Both the position numbers and the translations under genes were made by a program. DNA of 43,558 nt from a virus. Taxonomy: Duplodnaviria > Caudoviricetes. Of the stretch, positions 15,024-22,740 are shown piece by piece. The number at the start of each line of letters is the position of its first letter. Position 1 is the stretch's first letter. Location: positions 1-43,558 of the IMG/VR virus record IMGVR_UViG_3300015190_000004; one strand, written 5' to 3'. The notes beneath the pieces are model-generated. The model made no database searches. It worked only from the letters and a program-made list of their open reading frames with translations, and had not been told where the DNA came from.

Positions 15024-16265
15024 ATGCCCGACATCAAGACTCTCCAGGAGTCCATGACCAAGCTGTCGCTCGACGCCCAGGGCGTCATCGACGACACCAC
15101 CACCCCCGTCTCAGAGAAGCGGGCCCGCCTCGACAAGATCGAGGCCGACATCAAGACCTTCTCCGACCAGATCGCCGACGAGAAGTACCTCGCCGACCAG
15201 CGCAAGAAGTACGCCGTCGACAACGGCCTGAACATCGACGAGCCGGGCAAGCCCGAGCTGACGCCCATCCCGACGCAGGCCAAGTCGATCGGCGAGCAGC
15301 TCGTCGGCTCCGACGCCTGGAAGCGCATCATCAAGGGCGGCAACGTCGGCGGCACGCAGTGGTCCTCTGGCGGCATCGAGCTGAAGGCCACCCTGACGGA
15401 GACCACCGCTGGCGGTACGACCGGCTCCGGCCTGGCCCAGCCCCAGGTGCTCCCCGGCATCCTGTCGATCCTCTTCCAGCCCCTCACCGTCGCCGACCTG
15501 ATCCCCGGCGGTTCCACCTCGGCCGCCATCGTGCGGTACCTCAAGGAGACGGTGGCGACCAACGCCGCCGCGGCCGTGGCCGAAGGTACGGCCAAGCCCG
15601 AGTCGACCCTGAACTTCTCCGCCGTGGACGAGCCGGTGCGCAAGATCGCCACCTGGCTCAAGGTCACCGACGAGATGTTCGAGGACGTGGCTGCCCTGCG
15701 TTCCTACATCGACGCCCGCCTCGCCCTCTTCGTCCGCATCCAGGAGGAGGCGCAGCTCCTCACCGGCTCGGGCGTGGCCCCCAACATCACCGGCTTCCTG
15801 AACCGCTCGGGCCTCACCGCCGCCCAGGCCCTCGGCGCCGACACCCGCCCCGACGCCATCTACAAGGAGATCACGAAGATCCGTGTCGCCTCCTTCCTGG
15901 AGCCCGACGGCATCGTGCTCAACCCGACCGACTGGCAGTCGATCCGACTGCTCAAAGACGGCCAGGGCCAGTACTACGGCGGCGGCCCCTTCACCGGCGC
16001 CTACGGCAACAGCGGCTCGGTCAACCCCTCCGACATGCTGTGGGGCAAGACCGTCGTCCACACCACGGCCATGACGCAGGGCACCGCCCTCATCGGCGCA
16101 TTCGCCACCGCATCGCAGTTGTTTAGGCGAAATGGACTCGTCGTGGAAGCGACAAATAGTAACGAGGATGACTTTAAGAATAACCTGGTAATGATCCGCG
16201 CCGAGGAAAGACTGGCGCTGGCCGTGTTCCGTCCCGCGGCCTTCGGCACCGTCTCCGGCTTGTAG
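15024..16265 (+). CDS. HK97-fold major capsid protein with N-terminal delta (scaffold) domain
   Basis: VAEGTAKPES, KIATWLKVTDEM, EEAQLLTGSG, DDFKNNLVMIRAEERLALAVFRPAAF. Confidence 0.95.
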   Translation: MPDIKTLQESMTKLSLDAQGVIDDTTTPVSEKRARLDKIEADIKTFSDQIADEKYLADQRKKYAVDNGLNIDEPGKPELTPIPTQAKSIGEQLVGSDAWKRIIKGGNVGGTQWSSGGIELKATLTETTAGGTTGSGLAQPQVLPGILSILFQPLTVADLIPGGSTSAAIVRYLKETVATNAAAAVAEGTAKPESTLNFSAVDEPVRKIATWLKVTDEMFEDVAALRSYIDARLALFVRIQEEAQLLTGSGVAPNITGFLNRSGLTAAQALGADTRPDAIYKEITKIRVASFLEPDGIVLNPTDWQSIRLLKDGQGQYYGGGPFTGAYGNSGSVNPSDMLWGKTVVHTTAMTQGTALIGAFATASQLFRRNGLVVEATNSNEDDFKNNLVMIRAEERLALAVFRPAAFGTVSGL

Positions 16266-16374
16266 CGCAACGACTTGTCCCAAAAGCGGTAGGGGTACTA
16301 GCCGAGTACGTCGCCCGCTTCGGGCCGCTGACCTAAATCCCCCGGACGCCTCGTGCTCCGGTGAGAGGAGCACG

Positions 16375-16728
16375 ATGACCACGAACGAGTCCGGGCTGAA
16401 CCCCGGCGCCGTTGGCGGCGCCTACACCGACACCGGAACGGGGGCCTACCCGGGCCCCCCGACCGAGGTCGTCTACGGCACGGAGCACGACCCGAACCCC
16501 ACCGGCCTGGTCGAAGGCCCGCCGGCGTCGGTGACCGTCGAGTCGCCGCCTGAGCACCTGTCTAAGCCCACCGGAGCGTCGCCCGGGCCGCCGGCGTCGG
16601 TCACCACCCGCCAGCACCCGGCGAAGAAGCCGGCTGAAGTGGGGCCCGAGACCAAGCAGATCACAGCCGGCGAGGTTGAGGACAAGTCGATCAAGCCGTC
16701 CTCCGAGACCTTCCTGAAGGGCGAATAG
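16375..16728 (+). CDS. Pro/Thr/Gly-rich hypothetical virion-region protein
   Basis: RBS GAGGAG; internal GPPASVT repeat x2. Confidence 0.7.
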   Translation: MTTNESGLNPGAVGGAYTDTGTGAYPGPPTEVVYGTEHDPNPTGLVEGPPASVTVESPPEHLSKPTGASPGPPASVTTRQHPAKKPAEVGPETKQITAGEVEDKSIKPSSETFLKGE

Positions 16729-16733
16729 GCGCC

Positions 16734-17276
16734 GTGGCGGTCAACGCCAACGTCAAGGGAGAGGCAGGAAGCGCCAGCGCCGGCGTGCGCCTCCCTGACG
16801 GGCAGTTCGTGGCAGGCGTCGTCATCGTTGACCCTTCGGGCAACCTTCCTGGGGACGCTGGCTACGTCGGTTCCAATGCCGGCGTCCTTTCTCCCGGGCT
16901 CTCCGGTTCACCCGTCGCCGGGTCGTTCTGGCGGCTGAGCCACAGCCCAGTGGCCAATACCCAGGCCGTGGTGACCCAGGCCGCCGGCGGCGCAGGGGTT
17001 CGCAACGTTCTTACAGCCATCCAGGCGTCTATCGCCACCGGCGCCTCGGCTCCAGCGGCCCTGCAGCTCGACCTGAACGTCCTGGACAGCCTGTCCTTCA
17101 CGATCCTCTGGACGATGCATCTCGCCATTCCCGCCGTCGCCGGGCAGGTGGTTCCGATCAACATCCCGTTGCTGATCGTGGGCACGGTCAACGCTCAGAT
17201 GCTCATCGACTTCTCAGTTGCCGGCGGCGCCAACACCTTCGAGTCGATCAACGCCCAGGGATATCAGATCGCTTGA
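16734..17276 (+). CDS. Putative virion structural/decoration protein
   Basis: Beta-rich Ala/Gly/Val composition in the head-neck region. Confidence 0.65.
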   Translation: MAVNANVKGEAGSASAGVRLPDGQFVAGVVIVDPSGNLPGDAGYVGSNAGVLSPGLSGSPVAGSFWRLSHSPVANTQAVVTQAAGGAGVRNVLTAIQASIATGASAPAALQLDLNVLDSLSFTILWTMHLAIPAVAGQVVPINIPLLIVGTVNAQMLIDFSVAGGANTFESINAQGYQIA

Positions 17277-17335
17277 GGCTAGAGGCCGTCCGTCCCATTC
17301 AACCTGCGCCGCACGGCGTGATCGGAGTTTGACCT

Positions 17336-17779
17336 GTGGCAGTCACCGCGCACACCTACACCAAGCTGGCGAAGTCGCTCCTCGACAAGCTCGCCCAGCT
17401 CGAAACCGACGCCCTCAAGGTGGCGCTGTTCAGCGCCTACACCGTGGGCACCACCCAGGACACAGCTCAGTTCTACGCCGATGTCACCGCGGTGGCGACC
17501 GAGAGCACCGGTACCGGCTACACCGCCGGGGGCCAGGCCCTGACCAGCGTGGCCCTGTCGGCCTCGGGCCACGTCTACACGCTGACGTGCGCCAACCCGT
17601 CGTGGACTACGGCCAGCTTCAGCGCCGCCTACGCCGTGTTCTACGACTCCACCCCGGGCAGCGCGGCCACCAACCCGCTCATCTGCTACTGGGACCTGGG
17701 TGGCACCCAGACAGTGACGGCATCGACCTTCACGCTCACCATCTCGGGCTCGGGCCTGCTCACCCTGACCGGGGCGTAA
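17336..17779 (+). CDS. Putative head/neck fibre base protein
   Basis: LKVAL...GTGYTAGGQAL...PLICYWDLGG pattern typical of small phage fibre-associated proteins. Confidence 0.7.
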   Translation: MAVTAHTYTKLAKSLLDKLAQLETDALKVALFSAYTVGTTQDTAQFYADVTAVATESTGTGYTAGGQALTSVALSASGHVYTLTCANPSWTTASFSAAYAVFYDSTPGSAATNPLICYWDLGGTQTVTASTFTLTISGSGLLTLTGA

Positions 17780-17786
17780 TTCGCCG

Positions 17787-19268
17787 GTGGCGACCACCGT
17801 CCTCGACGACACCTTCACCCGGGCCAACAGCGCCACCACCCTCGGATCGACGGAGGCCAACGCCGGCACCACCGGCACCACGGCGTGGGGCGTCTCTAAC
17901 CAGGCGTGGGGCATCACATCGAACCGGGCCTACCGCACCGGCTCCGCGGCCCACGAGGAAGCCTACGTCGACCTCACCACCACCGATCACGAGATCTACG
18001 CCGACCTGTTCGGCGTGAACGCCGAATACGTCGGCGTCGTCGCTCGGTACGTCGATGGGACCAACCACTACCTCCTGCAAGCGCAGATGGCTGGGACCGT
18101 CGCTCTCTACAAGGTGGTCGCCGGCGCCTACACGAGCATCGGCACCCCGACCGGCGGCGCGCCGGTGTCCGGTGAGCGATGGGGCATTCGGTGCCAAGGC
18201 TCGACCATCACCGTGTTCCGTGGCGGCTCGTCGGTCCTGAGCGTCACCGACTCGTCGTTGTCGGCAGGCACGAAGGCCGGCATATACATCTACTACGCCA
18301 CCACCACCGCGACCGTCGACAACTTCCACGCCAACACCTATCCGCTGGTCGTGTCGGTCTCCGGCGTCACCACCTCGGTCACGTTGGCTGCACCTGCCGG
18401 GACTATCGCCCGGTCACTGTCCGGACCGACCGCCGCCATCACTCTCGTTGCTCCTGCGGGTACGTTCCTCGCCGCCGCATCGGCCTCACCTGCCACCTTC
18501 GTACTCTCCGCTCCGGCTGGGTCCGTGGCACCACTTGCGCTGGCCGGGTCAACCAGCGCCGTCTCCCTGGCTGCACCAGCCGGCACGGCGTCGAGCGGCG
18601 CCACCCTCGCCGGCGCAGTCTCCTCGATCACGCTGGCCGCACCGGTTGGCACGTCCTCCGTCACTATCGCCGGCCCTCCCGCTGCGCTCACGCTCACCGC
18701 TCCCGCCGGCATCCCCGCCGTGTCAGCGGGAGCGGCCCCGTCCACCCTCACCTTCGCCGCTCCAGCCGGCACCCTCTCCCCCCGGTCACTCGCCGGGTCT
18801 GCATCGGCGCTGACCTTTGGCGCCCCCGCCGGCGCCGTCTCAACCGGCGGCGCTCCCGTCACCGTCAACGGCGTCACAGCCGCCGTGACCCTCACCGCCC
18901 CTGCCGGCTCGTCCTCGGCCACGCTGACCGCTCCGGTCGTCGGCTTCACCCTCGCAGCCCCGACCGGATCGTCCACGGTCACGACCAACGGCGCCACGGC
19001 GTCCTTCCTGCTCACTTCGCCCGCCGGCGCACCCACGATCGGCTCCGCCGGCCCGGTTGTCTCTCTCGTCATTTCGTCCCCCTCCGGTGCGGTGGCGACG
19101 CCGATCGTCCTGGCCGGCGCTGTATCGGTTTTCGCCCTCGCCGCTCCGGCGGGTTCAGTCGGGGCGGCTGTCCCCGGCTGCGTCGGGTTGCGGGACCGCT
19201 CGCCTGTCGTTGCCGTCAAGGACGCCGCCGCACTGGTGGCTGTGGGAGATCGGGGGTGCTGTCCGTGA
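17787..19268 (+). CDS. Fibre protein: N-terminal lectin-like beta domain + ~13 (T/S)LxAPAG repeats
   Basis: LDDTFTRAN...VDNF head domain; 20-25-aa Ala/Thr/Pro repeats. Confidence 0.75.
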   Translation: MATTVLDDTFTRANSATTLGSTEANAGTTGTTAWGVSNQAWGITSNRAYRTGSAAHEEAYVDLTTTDHEIYADLFGVNAEYVGVVARYVDGTNHYLLQAQMAGTVALYKVVAGAYTSIGTPTGGAPVSGERWGIRCQGSTITVFRGGSSVLSVTDSSLSAGTKAGIYIYYATTTATVDNFHANTYPLVVSVSGVTTSVTLAAPAGTIARSLSGPTAAITLVAPAGTFLAAASASPATFVLSAPAGSVAPLALAGSTSAVSLAAPAGTASSGATLAGAVSSITLAAPVGTSSVTIAGPPAALTLTAPAGIPAVSAGAAPSTLTFAAPAGTLSPRSLAGSASALTFGAPAGAVSTGGAPVTVNGVTAAVTLTAPAGSSSATLTAPVVGFTLAAPTGSSTVTTNGATASFLLTSPAGAPTIGSAGPVVSLVISSPSGAVATPIVLAGAVSVFALAAPAGSVGAAVPGCVGLRDRSPVVAVKDAAALVAVGDRGCCP

Positions 19269-20137
19269 ACCGCTACCCGCTGAACTCCTCGCCCACCGTC
19301 TCGGCATCGTTCACCAACCTCGTCGGCGCCCCGGCCGACCCGTCCACCGTGACGCTCGTCGTCACCAAGCCCGACGCCACCACGGTCACCTACACCGGCG
19401 CCGGGCTGACCAACTCCGCCGTGGGCGCGTGGTCCAAGCAGATCACGGTCGACCAGCTCGGCACCTGGCGCTACGACTTCACCGGCTCCGGTGCCGTCGT
19501 CGCCGAGCAGTCCGGCGTCTTCGCCGTCGGCCCCGGCCTCGACGTCATCACCCTTGCCGAGGCGAAGTTGGCGCTCAACATCGTCGGCACCAACACCACC
19601 CAGGACGCCGAGCTCGCCAGCTACATCACCGCCATCTCGCTCCGCCTCGACGCCCTCGTCGGTCCCATCGTCAAGCGGGCCATCACTAACGAGGCCCACG
19701 ACGGTCGGGCGGCTTCGGTCACTCTCCGCTACTACCCGGTGGACTCCATCACCAGCGTGGTCGAGCGACAGGGCGCCACTGCCTACACGCTGACCCCCGA
19801 GAACTTCGCTTCCACCACCGGCTACGACTACGACGCCAACCTCGCCGCCGGCATCATCTACCGCCGCACCGGTGGACTCGACACCTCGTGGTACGAGGGT
19901 CGCCAGAACGTCCTCGTCTCCTACGTCGCCGGCCGCTTCGTCGACACCGCCAGCGTCGACACCCGCTACAAGCAGGCGGCGGCGATCTTCCTGACGCACC
20001 TGTGGCGCAAGGAGCAGGGCGCCAACCCCGGCCCCTACGCCCAGCCCGGAGCGCCGGGCAACGTCCCGACCTACGGCATCCCCAACGTCGTGCGAGACCT
20101 CCTCGAAGACCAGATACTCGCCCCGGTCGTCGGCTGA
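19265..20137 (+). CDS. Head-tail adaptor (gp6/gp15-like) with N-terminal Ig-like extension
   Basis: ITLAEAKLALNI...QDAELASYITA, VSYVAG, YKQAAAIFLTHLW; GTGA-coupled start 19265. Confidence 0.8.
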   Translation: MNRYPLNSSPTVSASFTNLVGAPADPSTVTLVVTKPDATTVTYTGAGLTNSAVGAWSKQITVDQLGTWRYDFTGSGAVVAEQSGVFAVGPGLDVITLAEAKLALNIVGTNTTQDAELASYITAISLRLDALVGPIVKRAITNEAHDGRAASVTLRYYPVDSITSVVERQGATAYTLTPENFASTTGYDYDANLAAGIIYRRTGGLDTSWYEGRQNVLVSYVAGRFVDTASVDTRYKQAAAIFLTHLWRKEQGANPGPYAQPGAPGNVPTYGIPNVVRDLLEDQILAPVVG

Positions 20138-20530
20138 GTGGCACGGGACACCATCGCCAACGCCAAGGCCGAGGTCTTCGCTCTCCTGGGCGACGCCTCC
20201 AACAACTCCACCATCGCCAACGTCGTCTCCGCCTACCCCTACGACCCGGGCCAGAGCCTCACCGGCGGCCCGCTGGTGCTCACCCTCCAGACGGTCGGCA
20301 TGGACCCGGACAACTTCATCTTCGAGCTGCGGATCTACGCCGACATGGGCGCCGACCCGGCGTGGGTCTCAGCCGCACTCGACGACGCCATCACCGCCAC
20401 CGAGCTGCTGCTCAAAACGGAGTTCGCCAACTTCACCTGGGTTGTCGATCCGCATCCCGACAACGAGGAGTGGATGGTGGCTCGCCGGCTGGTGCAGGTC
20501 ATCCGCGAAGGCCCGGGTCTCTGGGAGTGA
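20138..20530 (+). CDS. Head-tail joining / tail terminator-like protein
   Basis: Size and synteny. Confidence 0.6.
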   Translation: MARDTIANAKAEVFALLGDASNNSTIANVVSAYPYDPGQSLTGGPLVLTLQTVGMDPDNFIFELRIYADMGADPAWVSAALDDAITATELLLKTEFANFTWVVDPHPDNEEWMVARRLVQVIREGPGLWE

Positions 20531-20910
20531 TCTCCTCCGACGCCAACGCCCTCGCCGCCCAGTTCGACGCCATGGCCGTCGGCGCAGTGGAGATGACCAA
20601 GTTCCGGGTGGCGAAGTGGGGCGGCACCCTGCGCACCGAGATTGCCAGCCGGGCCCCGGGTGCCAACTACCCCGGCACCATCAAGATGCGAGGCCCCCGA
20701 GCCGGCGGCGCCCTCGTCACCGTCGAGGTCTACACCGACCGCCCCGATGGCTTCCGCAAGGAGCGAGGGCTGCACAAGCCCGACTCCAAGGGTCGCAACT
20801 ACACCGCCCCCGGCCTCCAGCGGGACGGCCAACAGCACTTCGGCCCGGCGTTCGCCGTGATCGCCCCGCAGTTCGAGGCGGACATGCAGAACGTCGTGCT
20901 GCCCGAATAG
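20527..20910 (+). CDS. HK97 gp10-like neck protein
   Basis: ERG...DSKGRNY...HFGPAF; synteny; GTGA-coupled. Confidence 0.6.
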   Translation: MISSDANALAAQFDAMAVGAVEMTKFRVAKWGGTLRTEIASRAPGANYPGTIKMRGPRAGGALVTVEVYTDRPDGFRKERGLHKPDSKGRNYTAPGLQRDGQQHFGPAFAVIAPQFEADMQNVVLPE

Positions 20911-20935
20911 ATCGCCACAACCAAGAAGGAGAGCA

Positions 20936-21160
20936 ATGCCCAACGACCCCAACGCCCTTGTGGCGATGAGCCACGAGTCGAGCCCCGATGAGGAGCCCGC
21001 CATCACCACCCAAGCCGCCTTCGACCAGCTCTGGAAGGCCAAGGGCTGGAAGCACGAAGGCACCGTTGACGGCACCGGCAACATCGTGCCGGCCTCGACC
21101 CCCGCAGCAACCACCCCGGTGACGACCCCGTCGTACGCCACGCCCAGTCAGGAGAGCTGA
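20936..21160 (+). CDS. Small hypothetical tail-region protein
   Basis: RBS AAGGAG; WKAKGW motif. Confidence 0.7.
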   Translation: MPNDPNALVAMSHESSPDEEPAITTQAAFDQLWKAKGWKHEGTVDGTGNIVPASTPAATTPVTTPSYATPSQES

Positions 21161-21163
21161 CCC

Positions 21164-21655
21164 ATGCCCACTCCCATCTCCTTCTTCCGCCGCGGTGTCA
21201 CCCGGGTCTTCTTCGTCCCGACCGTCACCGTGGCCGCCCCCACCGCAGTGCAGGTCAACGCCGGCACCGAGCTGACCACCGCCGGCAACCTGAACGACCT
21301 TCAGGGCGCCAGCTACACCAACCAGCCCATCGCCGTTCCCGACTGGTCGGACAACTTCGACGGCAAGATCGTCGGCATCGACCAGTCGGCCGACATCGTG
21401 CTCCACTTCTACGAGAAGAAGGGCACGGCCCCGGCCAACCCGCTGCGGACCACGCTCGCCAAGGGCATCGTCGGGAACATCGTCATCTTCCCCGCCGGCT
21501 GCGCCGGTGCCACCCCCGCCGCCGGTGACATCTGCGACGTCTTCCCCGGCTCGTCGTCCGGCCCCGCCCGTGACTTCAGCGGCACGGAGGCGGCCAAGTG
21601 GCACGTCACCTTCCCGGCATCGGTGCGGCCCACCCAGGACGTCGCCCTCGCATAA
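21164..21655 (+). CDS. Major tail (tube) protein
   Basis: FFRRGVTRVFFVPT...APTAVQVNAGTELT actinophage tail-tube pattern; synteny. Confidence 0.8.
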   Translation: MPTPISFFRRGVTRVFFVPTVTVAAPTAVQVNAGTELTTAGNLNDLQGASYTNQPIAVPDWSDNFDGKIVGIDQSADIVLHFYEKKGTAPANPLRTTLAKGIVGNIVIFPAGCAGATPAAGDICDVFPGSSSGPARDFSGTEAAKWHVTFPASVRPTQDVALA

Positions 21656-21813
21656 TGGCGACCTGTGACCACAAGCTCAACATCGAGAGCAAGCAGCGGG
21701 CGACCTGTGAGCGGTGCGGTGAGGCATTCGAGTCGTTCCTCGACGCCAACCTGTTCCGCTGCTGGCGCCCAGCGGTTGACCTCTACAACCAGAAGATCGT
21801 CGGCTCCGTCTGA
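21655..21813 (+). CDS. Small Cys/His-rich protein (52 aa)
   Basis: TAATG/TGATG 1-nt overlaps; CDH...CERC. Confidence 0.6.
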   Translation: MATCDHKLNIESKQRATCERCGEAFESFLDANLFRCWRPAVDLYNQKIVGSV

Positions 21814-22361
21814 TGGCCCTCGACTTCGAGGAACTCCTCGAACGCAAGCGTCCCACCACGGCAGAGCTGCCGATGGCGCTGGACGCCGACGTTGCCGAGG
21901 CCCACGCCACGGCTCTGGCCGCCTACGAGGTCGCCAGAGACGTGGCGAGGGACAACCCGGGCCAGAAGTCGGCCCAGGACGCTCTACGGGACGCTGAGGG
22001 GGCACTGGAGGAAGCCGAAGCGGCACTGTCCGGCGCCGTGGTGATCTTCAAGTTTCAGGGCCTCGGCGCCCACGAGTACGACGCCCTGGTCGACGAGCAC
22101 CAGGCCACCGAGGACCAGAAGCGCAAGGCCCGCCAGGCCAACCTCCCGGTGCCGGTGACTAACGAGGACACCTTCGCCCCCGCCCTCGTCGCCGCCTGCT
22201 GCATCGACCCCCCCATGACCTACGAGCAGGCCGTCATGCTCTGGAAGTCCGACCGCTTCAATCACCGCGAGCTGCGTGACCTGTTCGACGCCGCATGGGG
22301 CGTCAGCCGGGGCCGACGGGTGCCGCAGCTGGGAAAAGGATTTGGTCGGACCCAGAGCTGA
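21813..22361 (+). CDS. Tail assembly chaperone (G)
   Basis: Position before tape measure; ends ...QLGK with slippery site. Confidence 0.85.
   Translation: MALDFEELLERKRPTTAELPMALDADVAEAHATALAAYEVARDVARDNPGQKSAQDALRDAEGALEEAEAALSGAVVIFKFQGLGAHEYDALVDEHQATEDQKRKARQANLPVPVTNEDTFAPALVAACCIDPPMTYEQAVMLWKSDRFNHRELRDLFDAAWGVSRGRRVPQLGKGFGRTQS
22331..22337 (+). promoter_or_regulatory. Programmed -1 frameshift slippery site G GGA AAA
   Basis: In-frame X XXY YYZ heptamer; -1 frame open to 22729. Confidence 0.88.
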
Positions 22362-22729
22362 GGTTGCAGCTCGCCATCTGTAGCCGGGGTCCGATCCCCC
22401 ACTCGCAGCTCCTCGCCTGGCCCGCCGAGGACATCGACAAGGCGATGGCCTACGAACTCAGCCTGCGCGAAGCCTGCCCCCGGGATGGCACCCGCAAAGA
22501 GGACTGGTTCGACGCCGAGGGCCTGCCCCACGACCCGCCCCGCTTCGAGGCCAAGGTCCACGTCTGCGAAGCGTGCGCCGCCCGGGCCCGCATGGAGATC
22601 GACGTGCGGGAGTCGGCCAAGGCCGCCGCCGGCGACGGTGACCACGCCCAGGCCATAGCGGAACGGGCCCTGGCCGGCGTCTCCGTCGTGATCGGCCCCT
22701 TCGAACCGAACGCAGCCGACGACGAATGA
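22337..22729 (+). CDS. Frameshifted extension of tail chaperone (GT)
   Basis: RIWSDPELRLQL...WPAEDIDKAMAY...CPRDG...CEAC. Confidence 0.82.
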   Translation, partial: RIWSDPELRLQLAICSRGPIPHSQLLAWPAEDIDKAMAYELSLREACPRDGTRKEDWFDAEGLPHDPPRFEAKVHVCEACAARARMEIDVRESAKAAAGDGDHAQAIAERALAGVSVVIGPFEPNAADDE

Positions 22730-22740
22730 GGAGGTGACCG

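Noticed and set aside
16266-16330. Twister/hammerhead ribozyme suggested by GTCCCAA and CTGA motifs
   Set aside because: Required conserved cores and pseudoknots could not be assembled
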